Part shown: piece after piece, positions 33,356 through 41,724 of the stretch
Layout of the letters: every line of letters begins with the position of its first letter
Position numbering within the stretch: position 1 is the stretch's first letter
From: Patescibacteria group bacterium
Lineage (GTDB): Bacteria; Patescibacteriota; Microgenomatia; UBA8517
Direction: 5' to 3'
Assembly: GCA_035256745.1 (NCBI GenBank)
Contig: DATEXQ010000062.1
Coordinates: forward strand, 1-42,128
Length of the DNA: 42,128 nt
Translations under genes and position numbers: made by a program
The notes under the pieces: generated by a model
The model's database searches: none
Seen by the model: the letters and a program-made list of their open reading frames with translations, nothing else
Told to the model about the DNA's origin: nothing

Positions 33356-34258
33356 TTATTGAATAAGGTTTGTAAGTTTTTCTAAAGCCTCTCTTCTTCT
33401 TAATATCGATGCGATTGCTCTTCTTTGTTCGGGGCTTCTTAATTTTTCGGCAAAATTGGGATCACCTGACGTTGCATTTATAGCTTTATCAATTTCCTCT
33501 TCCTTTATTTCGATTTTTTCCTCATTTGCTATTTTATTTAAAGCAAGCTCGATGGTTATAGAATCAACTGCTTCTTTTTCGTATTCGTCTCTTAAGGTTT
33601 GAGATGTTTTTCCAATTGATGCCAAATAATTATCAAGTGTAAGACCTAATTTTTCTATTTGTTCCAATAATCTTGATAACCTGGAATTTACTTCCTCATC
33701 TTTTAAAGGTTTGGGGATTTTTATTTTAGCTATTTCGACCAAAGTTTTTATAACTTCGCTCTCTTTTTCTCCTTGAGTAAGTTTTGTTTCTTTCTCTTTT
33801 GTATCTCCTTTTTCGGGTGTCCAGATGGCTTTAACCTTTGTTTTTTCCGATATGGCTTTCTTATAATCCCCCAGATCAATCTCTGGAAGTTCGCATGTGG
33901 TGATTCTAATTTGCCAATTTTCACCTTCTTTTGAGGATAATAGTTCAAGTTTGGGGTAAATAACAGGTTTTATATTATAAGTTTTGAAAGCATTGGAAAG
34001 TTCTAAAGGTAATATTTTATTTAAAATCTTTTCGTAGAGAGTTTCCTTTGATACTTTTTCTTCTACTTTCTCAACTGGAGCCATACCTTTTCTAAAACCG
34101 GGAATTTCAATTTCCTTGGCTAATTCCTTTAAAACCGTCTTTTTTTCATCGGAAACTATGTCATGAGGAATAGTAAAAGTAATTTGAATAGTACCATCCT
34201 CGCTTTTGGCAAGAACGGAAGATATTTTATTTTTTTCGTTTTGTTTATCTTTAGTCAT
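33356..34258 (-). CDS. tig: Trigger factor, short form without a PPIase domain
   Basis: Ribosome-binding signature IPGFRKGMAP in the N-domain and a C-terminal TF arm-like region (IPKPLKDEEVNSRLSRLLEQ..). It is only 300 aa. Confidence 0.75.
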   Translation of the reverse strand: MTKDKQNEKNKISSVLAKSEDGTIQITFTIPHDIVSDEKKTVLKELAKEIEIPGFRKGMAPVEKVEEKVSKETLYEKILNKILPLELSNAFKTYNIKPVIYPKLELLSSKEGENWQIRITTCELPEIDLGDYKKAISEKTKVKAIWTPEKGDTKEKETKLTQGEKESEVIKTLVEIAKIKIPKPLKDEEVNSRLSRLLEQIEKLGLTLDNYLASIGKTSQTLRDEYEKEAVDSITIELALNKIANEEKIEIKEEEIDKAINATSGDPNFAEKLRSPEQRRAIASILRRREALEKLTNLIQ

Positions 34259-34274
34259 TTTTTTGAGCTTAAAA

Positions 34275-34296
34275 ATACCACCCTTTTAGGTGGTAT
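34275..34296 (-). terminator. Hairpin plus U-run 17 nt upstream of the tig start (terminator of the upstream unit or a 5'-UTR structure)
   Basis: On the minus strand: ATACCACC-TAAAAG-GGTGGTAT followed by TTTTT. Confidence 0.5.
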
Positions 34297-34348
34297 GAGT
34301 AATTATACCTTAAATATTTAAAAATTAAAAACCACAACTTATCTGTAG

Positions 34349-34519
34349 TTATCCTTTATGCTGGATTTTAAAAAGGCTTGGATTAAATTTAACTTGAGGG
34401 GTTATCGGTTTTTTACCACCAACGAATTTAGCCTTAAATGAGCTCGGAGTTCTATATTTAGGACCCGCGGCATTTGAACCTTTTGCTTGGGAAGATTTCG
34501 ACTTTTGAAATGTTTTCAT
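34349..34519 (-). CDS. Possible small basic protein (56 aa, not in the track)
   Basis: Hand translation gives MKTFQKSKSSQAKGSNAAGPKYRTPSSFKAKFVGGKKPITPQVKFNPSLFKIQHKG. The hairpin at 34275-34296 follows it. No homology was recognised. Confidence 0.3.
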   Translation of the reverse strand: MKTFQKSKSSQAKGSNAAGPKYRTPSSFKAKFVGGKKPITPQVKFNPSLFKIQHKG

Positions 34520-34541
34520 TGAATGATTATATCAATAATTT

Positions 34542-34880
34542 CTATTCTGAAGCTAATTTATTAAGAAACCAGGAAACTAAAGCAAGAACGATGGAAGCAA
34601 TAATTGCGGTTAAGAAATTTGCAATCCTAAAACCCGGAACAATAAAGCTAACCATATAAAGAAGTGCAACATTTATTAGAAAAGCACTTATACCAAAGGT
34701 GATTAAAGATATGGGAAGGGCAATAATTTGCAAGATTGGCCTTATAAAGGTGTTTACCACTCCTATTACTATGGCAGCAACGATTGCCGGCCAAAGACCG
34801 CTTAGAACAAATCCGGGTACAAGATATGCAACAACGAATAGGGCAAAAACGTTTATAGCAAGTTTTATAATAACTCTCAT
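34542..34880 (-). CDS. Four-TM membrane protein, phage holin family IV / YvlD-like
   Basis: 112 aa with four hydrophobic helices and the repeated VPGF motif (LVPGFVLSG.., IVPGFRI) typical of this family. Confidence 0.6.
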   Translation of the reverse strand: MRVIIKLAINVFALFVVAYLVPGFVLSGLWPAIVAAIVIGVVNTFIRPILQIIALPISLITFGISAFLINVALLYMVSFIVPGFRIANFLTAIIASIVLALVSWFLNKLASE

Positions 34881-34883
34881 ATA

Positions 34884-35402
34884 TTAATTATTAGTAGATT
34901 TGAATATATTTGTCAATTTTGTACATATGGCGGAGTTTTCTCTAAGTAAAAATAATACTCTATGGAATTCTTCTGAAAAATCTCTTCTAAATCTTGTTTT
35001 TGATATATAACTACCGACATTTAATACAATAATTGCCTTATTAAGATCCATATACTTTCTACTTCTTTTAAATGATATGACTCTTTCATCAGAACTTTTA
35101 ATTTGAACGGGTATTTTTGGTAAGCCGTAATTTTCTTTGAATTTTAGCCAAAAATCTATACCCTTTTCTTGTGCTTTGTTTGAAGAGGGAATGGTGTTCT
35201 CAACAACATGGATTACATGAATATAATCGCAAAATCTTTGTTCAGATCCCCACCCTTTTCTATTAGTAAAATGTGCTTGTGCGGCATCGGCAGCAGCCAA
35301 TATATCATCGGGATTTTTAACACCTTTGTTTAAAGCCTCAAGCATAGCATCTAAACGTAAATGTTTTTCAAAATTGGTTTCTATCACAATTATCATACTC
35401 AT
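34884..35402 (-). CDS. Hypothetical protein, possible PD-(D/E)xK-type nuclease fold
   Basis: GSEQRF ... EKGIDFWL ...(18 aa)... VQIKSS matches an E / hhD / QxK arrangement. I take the ATG at 35402; the track start at 35414 is a TTG. Confidence 0.5.
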   Translation of the reverse strand: MSMIIVIETNFEKHLRLDAMLEALNKGVKNPDDILAAADAAQAHFTNRKGWGSEQRFCDYIHVIHVVENTIPSSNKAQEKGIDFWLKFKENYGLPKIPVQIKSSDERVISFKRSRKYMDLNKAIIVLNVGSYISKTRFRRDFSEEFHRVLFLLRENSAICTKLTNIFKSTNN

Positions 35403-35477
35403 AAAAAATGCCAAACTATCGGTTTTTTATGAATATTTAGATATTATCACATAACCTATAAGTTGTTATCAACTTTT

Positions 35478-36536
35478 TTACTGTATTTGTGATTTAAAGA
35501 AAATAAGGCTTCTTTCTATTGCAAAATTCCATGAAGGTTGAAGATTGTGATCAGCACCTGGATAAGTAAAGTAATCTACGTTCAAATTCAGATCTTTAAG
35601 TTTTTTATACAGAGAATTACTCCAATCAACAGGAACTGCATCATCGTAAGTTCCCTGATGAATTTGAATTTTAGTGTTCGGATTAATACGGTCAAAATAA
35701 TTTAAAAGAGAATATTGATTGGTGTCGTAAAATTCTTCGAATTTTGCAAGCTCATATCTTATCAATTTTCCCTGATCTTCGCTTTCGTCGGTATAATAAA
35801 GAATTGAATACGGAAAAGGTTTGGATACTGGTGCCCAAAGAACTGTAGAAATATCTTTTCCTGTTATCTCCAAAACGGTTAAGGCTATTTGGCCTCCGTT
35901 GGAATGACCCCAAATAAATAAGTCTGATGAATTTAATAACTTGTTTACTAACGGAATAGAATCGGTGATTAACATTTCATTCTCGGGAATTTCTTTTAGG
36001 GTATTTAAAAGAGCAATTGAAGTAACATAAGTTTGAAATCTTGACTCAAAAATATTATCTGCCTCTTTGTCGCTTCCTGCGTAACCCAAAAAATCAGGTG
36101 CAATAGTAATAAAACCTTTATCTGCAAAAAAATATGAAGCATTTTTTGTTCCCATACCTGTTATATAAAGTTTTTGATCTACATATCCTCTGAACATAAG
36201 GATAATAGGATGTTTTGAATAGCCTTTTGGAATGTTTATCATTCCTGTTGTTTTCTTGATTTCTTTTGATTCAGGAGAAGGATAAAACTCAAAAGTAAAA
36301 ACATAAGAAGTGAAGTTATCCTTTTCTTCTAAAATATCTCCTATAGTAATTTTGCCGGATTTTATATCAGATTTTGAAAGAATATCAAAGCTGTATTTTT
36401 CAAAAGGTTTGGGTAAAGGAATTATATTAGCAATTGTTTTTGAGGTTGAATCTTTTTTTATGAAATCATGAATGAAAAAACCCAGTAGAAAAAAAATAAC
36501 AGCTAAAACGAAGATAATAAACAACCTTTTTATCAT
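35478..36536 (-). CDS. Membrane-anchored alpha/beta hydrolase (S9/dienelactone-hydrolase-like)
   Basis: N-terminal TM segment, nucleophile elbow GHSNGG, and C-terminal D..(x)..GADHNL. Confidence 0.7.
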   Translation of the reverse strand: MIKRLFIIFVLAVIFFLLGFFIHDFIKKDSTSKTIANIIPLPKPFEKYSFDILSKSDIKSGKITIGDILEEKDNFTSYVFTFEFYPSPESKEIKKTTGMINIPKGYSKHPIILMFRGYVDQKLYITGMGTKNASYFFADKGFITIAPDFLGYAGSDKEADNIFESRFQTYVTSIALLNTLKEIPENEMLITDSIPLVNKLLNSSDLFIWGHSNGGQIALTVLEITGKDISTVLWAPVSKPFPYSILYYTDESEDQGKLIRYELAKFEEFYDTNQYSLLNYFDRINPNTKIQIHQGTYDDAVPVDWSNSLYKKLKDLNLNVDYFTYPGADHNLQPSWNFAIERSLIFFKSQIQ

Positions 36537-36552
36537 TCGATCTTTACAATCG

Positions 36553-37395
36553 TTAAATATTTATACTTTCCTCTGGGATTTCTACTCTTGGGAATCTTAT
36601 TGGTTCGATTTGATTGCTTTTTATGGGTTCGCTACAGACAGCTAACCAATACGTAGGGGAAAATCCATATTTTATATCTTCTTTTGGAACTATTTTTAAT
36701 ATATCACCGCTTATAATTCTTGCTAATATTTTTACTTTACTGACAAGTGGTGGTAGGTTATAAATATTGGGTCTAAATCCTTGTCCGAACATCTTTACGT
36801 CTTGAAAATGTTTTTTTAGTTCTTGCTCAAGTTCATCCCCATTCATTTCAAAACAGTGAAATTTATTTCCTGGTTTATCGTTAATTGAAGTACCTGGGTT
36901 TGTCATATCACGGTTTGGGGTAGAGATTATAAATTTTCCGTCATTTTTTAATAAAGTAGTTAAACAATTAAAGAATCTATTAATTTGATTAAGATGAATG
37001 TGCTCCAAGGTTTCAAAACATACTACTGTATCAAATGAATTAGCTCTAAATGGGGGGTATTTAACATCACCTTCTATTAAAGATTCATTGGTTTTTAATC
37101 CCTTCCTGGCATTATTAAGACCAACCCTACTTATATCTAATCCAACATATGAACCTGGATTTATTAGACCTTTTCCATATGCAGTTCCGCATGCGATATC
37201 AAGAACTGTTTTACCTATACAGTAAGGACGGGCAAACACTTCATAACGCTTTTTGTGTTCTTCCCATATTATTAATAAGACTTGTGGAGGTGTATGAGAC
37301 TCCCCTTTCCATATTCCATAAAATTTCCCAAGCTTAATCATTTCGGGGAATGCTCTTTCTCCTGTAAAGGTAAATTTTTCAGTATTTTCCGTCAT
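36553..37395 (-). CDS. Class I SAM-dependent methyltransferase
   Basis: Motif I VLDIACGTAYG, motif II-like FDTVVCFETLEHI, and motif III GKFIISTPN. Confidence 0.8.
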   Translation of the reverse strand: MTENTEKFTFTGERAFPEMIKLGKFYGIWKGESHTPPQVLLIIWEEHKKRYEVFARPYCIGKTVLDIACGTAYGKGLINPGSYVGLDISRVGLNNARKGLKTNESLIEGDVKYPPFRANSFDTVVCFETLEHIHLNQINRFFNCLTTLLKNDGKFIISTPNRDMTNPGTSINDKPGNKFHCFEMNGDELEQELKKHFQDVKMFGQGFRPNIYNLPPLVSKVKILARIISGDILKIVPKEDIKYGFSPTYWLAVCSEPIKSNQIEPIRFPRVEIPEESINI

Positions 37396-37447
37396 ATATA
37401 TAAACCCAATATAAAATTTAAGTTAATTAATAAAATAATAACTGAAT

Positions 37448-37834
37448 TTATTGATCTTTTGATTGTTCGTAGGCAATTGCGTCTTGCTTTGTTTTATTTA
37501 TAGTTCCATCCGGATGATTCGGAGGAGAATAGAGAGTGTAAAGTTTTAAATCCTCTGTACTTGATGTATTTATAACATTATGTTCGCTTCCGGCAGGAAT
37601 TATAACAACATCTTCAGCCTCGGTTAAGGTTTCTTCTTTATTGATTATAAACTTGGCTTCGCCTGCTTCAATCCTAAAAAATTGATCGACATTCGGATGT
37701 GTTTCCATTCCAATTTCCTCTCCTGGTTTTAGACTCATAACCACAAGCTGACAATGTATTCCAGTAAAAAGAACTTTTCTAAAGAATGTATTTGTTATTG
37801 CTTCTTCGCCTATATTTATATGGTATCCCTGCAT
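37448..37834 (-). CDS. Cupin domain protein
   Basis: GMETHPNVDQFFRIEAGEA and IPAGSEHNVIN cupin motifs. A strong SD (GGGGGTGAT) lies upstream. Confidence 0.8.
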   Translation of the reverse strand: MQGYHINIGEEAITNTFFRKVLFTGIHCQLVVMSLKPGEEIGMETHPNVDQFFRIEAGEAKFIINKEETLTEAEDVVIIPAGSEHNVINTSSTEDLKLYTLYSPPNHPDGTINKTKQDAIAYEQSKDQ

Positions 37835-37918
37835 ATTATCACCCCCTTCTAATAATTATATTATTATATACGATTTAAATATCAACACTTCACAAATATG
37901 TATTAATTTAATATTCTT

Positions 37919-38470
37919 GTGGTTGTGAAGAAAACATTATTAAATGCCTTTCTTGCAGGAATTTTATTAGGAGGTGTTTCTTTTTATACATATAAAGTTT
38001 CGTTCAATCCTAAAAAAGAAGTATTATCCCAAAAAATCGAAATTGAAAAGATAACAACTCCTTCTCCAACATTTACTCCCGAGCCTACAGAAACATCTAC
38101 TCCAACTCCGACCCCGAAGCCTACAATAAAGCCTGCTCCAACGCCAACCCCTATTCCTACTCCAACCCCAATTGTCAAAGCACCCGAAAACTTTGAGCCG
38201 CTTTTTAGCGAATTTGCATCGATGTTTGGCGTTGATGCTAATTTACTGAAAAAAATTGCAGAATGCGAAACACATTTTAATAATGCCGTTTCGGCTCCGC
38301 CTTACGCAGGAATGTTTCAATTTAGAGAAGATACGTGGGAGACTTATAGGAAATTAATGAGAAAGGATCCGGATATTAATCTTAGGTATGGAGCAAGAGA
38401 ATCAATAGAAACTGCTGCTTATGTAGTATCTTTGGGGAAGCTTCATTTGTGGCCCGTTTGTTCAAGATAA
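37919..38470 (+). CDS. Secreted lytic-transglycosylase-like protein with a P/T-rich spacer
   Basis: N-terminal TM/signal anchor, spacer TPSPTFTPEPTETSTPTPTPKPTIKPAPTPTPIPTPTPI, then ECETHFN..YAGMFQF..TW (an SLT-like E...GxxQ pattern). GTG start. Confidence 0.65.
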   Translation: MVVKKTLLNAFLAGILLGGVSFYTYKVSFNPKKEVLSQKIEIEKITTPSPTFTPEPTETSTPTPTPKPTIKPAPTPTPIPTPTPIVKAPENFEPLFSEFASMFGVDANLLKKIAECETHFNNAVSAPPYAGMFQFREDTWETYRKLMRKDPDINLRYGARESIETAAYVVSLGKLHLWPVCSR

Positions 38471-38548
38471 AGGAAGTTTCAAATTAAGTCTTGAATATTT
38501 ATAAATTACTTCTTGACTTCGGGTTTTATTTGGGTGTAAAAATAAACT

Positions 38549-38809
38549 GTGATAGAAAAAATTTCCACACCGGTTTCGGTTACTTTGAACTTTGATCATA
38601 CCGAAATGAAAGTTGTTCCCAAGTCTCTTGTCTGGAACAGGAGACTTTATTCTATCGTCAAAGTCGGGTTTCATCACACATTTCAGGAGGGGAAAATTCT
38701 TTATCATGTTTTTTCTGTTGCCAGCAAAACATTGTTTTTTAGGCTTGTTTTAAATACCCAAAATTTACACTGGAAATTGGAAGAAATATCCGACGGAAAG
38801 CCGTCTTAA
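38549..38809 (+). CDS. Small hypothetical protein translationally coupled to the Y-family polymerase
   Basis: 86 aa from the GTG at 38549, or 67 aa from the ATG at 38606. Its stop overlaps the next start as TAATG. Probably beta-rich (VWNRRLYSIVKVGFHHTF..HVFSV..FFRLVL). Confidence 0.55.
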   Translation: MIEKISTPVSVTLNFDHTEMKVVPKSLVWNRRLYSIVKVGFHHTFQEGKILYHVFSVASKTLFFRLVLNTQNLHWKLEEISDGKPS

Positions 38810-40071
38810 TGTCTAAAATGGTTAATAATTTAACTTTTAATCTAAAGCCCCCTTCTATAATGCACATTGACCTTAATAGTTGTTTTGCAACAATTGAACA
38901 GCAGGCAAATCCCCTGCTTCGCGGAAAACCCATTGTTGTTGCTGCTTACACAACCCCCTCTGGTTGTATAATTGCTCCCTCCATCGAAGCTAAAAAATTG
39001 GGGATTAAAGTTGGAATGAGAGTAAAAGACGGCAAGCTTCTTTATCCGGAACTTATAGTTCTGGCACCTGACCCCTGGAAATATAGGAATGTACACCTGC
39101 TTTTAAGAAAGATAATTTCCGATTACACAAATAATTTTACCCCCAAGTCCATTGATGAATTTGTTTTGAAATTGGAAGACTACCCCGCTTTTGACCAGGG
39201 AATGGTAGAAATTGCCAGGAAAATAAAAGAAAGAATTAAAAATGAGATTGGAGAATGTTTATCTGTTTCCGTCGGAATTGCCCCAAACAGATTTTTGGCA
39301 AAGGTTGCGGCCGGGCTTCATAAACCCGACGGACTTGACGAAATCAACAAAGATAACTTCCTCAAATGTTATTCCAAGCTTAGGTTAACCGACCTTCCCT
39401 GGATTAAGTTAAGAAATGCCGCAAGGCTAAATAGCGTTGGCGTTTTTAGTGTTTTGGACTTCTACCGTGCTTCTTTGACAACTCTTAAGGCGGCTTTTAA
39501 TTCAATCACCAGTTATTATTGGTTTTTGAGACTGAGGGGCTGGGAAATAGACGACGTGGAGTTTGGGAGAAGTTCCTACGGCAATTCTTATGCTTTGCCC
39601 AAACCATTAATTTCAGGGGAGGAATTATCGCCCATCTTAGCCAAATTGGTAGAGAAGATGGGAACCAGGCTAAGGTATGCGGGATATAAAGCCAGAGGAA
39701 TTCATGTTTCTATTATATATAGAGACTGGAGCTTTTGGCATAAAGGGGTTAGCTATCTTAAGGTATTTTTTGATTCAAGAGACATATACAAAGAGGCATA
39801 TAAAATATTAATGTCTTCCCCTTATAAAAAACCGGTGAGAGAACTGGCTGTTTCTGCCTTTAATCTTATTAAAAACCCGGCTTCCCAGCTTAATTTTTTT
39901 GAGGATATTGTTGAAAAGGAAAATTTGGTAAAGGCGGTTGATGAGATAAACGAGCGTTGGGGAAGCTTTGTTATAACGTGTGCCAGAATGCTTAATGCAA
40001 GAAAAGATGTGCCGGATAGGATAGCTTTCGGAGGTGTTAAGGAATTAGAGGAATTTACAATTAATTCCTGA
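38809..40071 (+). CDS. dinB: Y-family DNA polymerase (DinB/Pol IV-like)
   Basis: IMHIDLNSCFATIEQ..LRGKPIVV and catalytic SIDEFVL. The GIAPNRFLAKVA motif and a C-terminal little-finger region are present. Confidence 0.88.
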   Translation: MSKMVNNLTFNLKPPSIMHIDLNSCFATIEQQANPLLRGKPIVVAAYTTPSGCIIAPSIEAKKLGIKVGMRVKDGKLLYPELIVLAPDPWKYRNVHLLLRKIISDYTNNFTPKSIDEFVLKLEDYPAFDQGMVEIARKIKERIKNEIGECLSVSVGIAPNRFLAKVAAGLHKPDGLDEINKDNFLKCYSKLRLTDLPWIKLRNAARLNSVGVFSVLDFYRASLTTLKAAFNSITSYYWFLRLRGWEIDDVEFGRSSYGNSYALPKPLISGEELSPILAKLVEKMGTRLRYAGYKARGIHVSIIYRDWSFWHKGVSYLKVFFDSRDIYKEAYKILMSSPYKKPVRELAVSAFNLIKNPASQLNFFEDIVEKENLVKAVDEINERWGSFVITCARMLNARKDVPDRIAFGGVKELEEFTINS

Positions 40072-40072
40072 T

Positions 40073-40573
40073 TTACTGTACTTTAGATAAATCAACATTA
40101 TCTCCTGTTTTAATATTGTTTTTGTCCGAAAAACCGGCGTTTACCTCCAGAACATAATCTATAGGCATTTGAGAGGTGTAAATTATCAATTTGGAATCTT
40201 CGGTACCCTCATCTGGCGCTGGAGTGTTTTTGTCTATTTGCACAACTTTCCCGTCTTTTATCCAAATAAAATCCAGTGCAAATTTCATACCCTTCATCCA
40301 GAAGTTTCTTTTTACATTTGTAGCATCAAAAACAAAAAGCATTCCCGTATTTTCATCTAAATTATCTTTTCCCGATAATCCTTTTTGCCTTTCTTCCTGG
40401 GACCTGGCTATTTCAACAAAAATCTTGGTATTTCCGACTTTAATTTCCTTTAAATTCTGATTAACCTGATTTGAATTGAAATTGATTTTTTGATTCTGGA
40501 TATTTTTGACGAGGTATGCCACTCCCATAATAAAAAGAGCAGTTAAAGCTATGAATATAAAAAGCTTTTTCAT
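40073..40573 (-). CDS. DUF192 (COG1430) family secreted protein
   Basis: Signal anchor, then GMLFVF...NFWMKGMKFALDFIWI...VLEVNAG, which matches the DUF192 pattern. Confidence 0.7.
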   Translation of the reverse strand: MKKLFIFIALTALFIMGVAYLVKNIQNQKINFNSNQVNQNLKEIKVGNTKIFVEIARSQEERQKGLSGKDNLDENTGMLFVFDATNVKRNFWMKGMKFALDFIWIKDGKVVQIDKNTPAPDEGTEDSKLIIYTSQMPIDYVLEVNAGFSDKNNIKTGDNVDLSKVQ

Positions 40574-40598
40574 TTTATAATTTTACGAAAGAAGATTA

Positions 40599-40850
40599 CT
40601 AAAACGAATTTAATTCATTTTCTATATCGGTTATTTCTTTATCTATATCTGATAAATCAGTTTCGTTTATATCCTTTTCAATAGAGTTAATTTCTGTTGA
40701 TGTGGATTGGGATTGCAATTTTGCAGTTTCCTTGTCAGATGTAAGAAAGGCAACCTTTCCGCTTAAAACAAATTGATAAAGAATAAATAAGATAAGAACT
40801 ATAGTAGTTGCTGCTAATAAAATTATAAAGTTGTTTTTATTTATGTTCAT
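40599..40850 (-). CDS. Small single-TM protein with an acidic repeat-like tail
   Basis: N-terminal TM segment and a C-terminal region DINETDLSDIDKEITDIENEL. Confidence 0.45.
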   Translation of the reverse strand: MNINKNNFIILLAATTIVLILFILYQFVLSGKVAFLTSDKETAKLQSQSTSTEINSIEKDINETDLSDIDKEITDIENELNSF

Positions 40851-40886
40851 ATTTTTATATTAACGAAAACTTGCAGTTACCACAAA

Positions 40887-41693
40887 TTAAGGCGTCGCAG
40901 TGGGTGCTGCTGTCGGTGTTCCGGTTGGCATTAATGTCGGTGTTGCAGTAGGAGTAGTTGTTGGGGTTTGGGTTGGTGAAGATGTGGGACTGGAACTTAC
41001 GGAAGGAGATGGGGAAGAAGAGACGGATTCTATATTCTCTTGCGTATTTCCCACTCTCAATCCTTTGATATCTCCTATTAAATGTACGAGAATTCTGTGT
41101 ACTTCTACAAGATCATTTTTAACATTTTTAATAGAATCCCTTACAACAACAAATGCGGTTTTGGGATCATTTGAAGTTAGGGTATCTTCAATAATACCGT
41201 TAACTGCTATAAGTTCGGTTTTGGCATGTTCCAAAAGATCTTTGGCCTTGATAATCTCGGAATCAATTAAAGCGGTATCAATTCCACTGTTTTCACTTTT
41301 GATAATTGCCACCCTGTTTTCAATTCTTTTAATAAGTTTTTCCAATCTTGCTATAGCAGCTTCCATTCTTATGCTAAGTCTTGAAAAATAATTTCTAATA
41401 AGTTCTTTCTTTTTCTCTTGTATTCGGATTTGTTTGGAAGATGGAGTCCCAATCTGGGTTTCATCATTGATGCGATTCTGGTTTCTTTCCTCTCTTTTTT
41501 CAGTCAATTTTTCCTCAATTCTTAGTTTTAATTCTTCTCTTCTAGTTTCTTGCAGAAGTTTAAAGTTGGGAGAACGAGTAGGTCTAGGAGATGGTGATGA
41601 AGCTTTTGTACTTTTGGCATACAAAGCTGCAGGAATTGCAAAAAGAACTAAAGGCAATACAAGTGCAATAATTGCTATGTATTTTTTCATCAT
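40887..41693 (-). CDS. Secreted helical protein with an S/P/T-rich C-terminal tail
   Basis: Signal peptide MMKKYIAIIALVLPLVLFAIPAALYA, long helical segments, and a tail SSSPSPSVSSSPTSSPTQTPTTTPTATPTLMPTGTPTAAPTATP. I take the start at the MMKKY methionine, which avoids overlap with 41725..41919. Confidence 0.55.
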   Translation of the reverse strand: MMKKYIAIIALVLPLVLFAIPAALYAKSTKASSPSPRPTRSPNFKLLQETRREELKLRIEEKLTEKREERNQNRINDETQIGTPSSKQIRIQEKKKELIRNYFSRLSIRMEAAIARLEKLIKRIENRVAIIKSENSGIDTALIDSEIIKAKDLLEHAKTELIAVNGIIEDTLTSNDPKTAFVVVRDSIKNVKNDLVEVHRILVHLIGDIKGLRVGNTQENIESVSSSPSPSVSSSPTSSPTQTPTTTPTATPTLMPTGTPTAAPTATP

Positions 41694-41724
41694 ATTTATA
41701 GAATTATACATTTTAGTATATATG

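Noticed and set aside
37984-38178. A minus-strand ORF MTIGVGVGIGVGVGAG..
   Set aside because: It is the antisense of the P/T spacer of the transglycosylase-like gene and has no independent start context.
38478-38495. Inverted repeat TTCAA-N8-TTGAA upstream of the small-ORF/dinB pair, considered as a possible SOS (LexA) operator.
   Set aside because: The arms are only 5 bp in very AT-rich DNA. It does not match the CGAAC-N4-GTTCG or CTGT-N8-ACAG consensus operators. There is not enough evidence.
40900-41391. A 163-aa plus-strand ORF rich in Gly and Val (MGAAVGVPVGINVGVAVGVVVG..).
   Set aside because: It is the antisense shadow of the S/P/T-rich tail and helical region of the minus-strand ORF 40887..41693. 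Low-complexity ACN/CCN codons read as GNN on the opposite strand.
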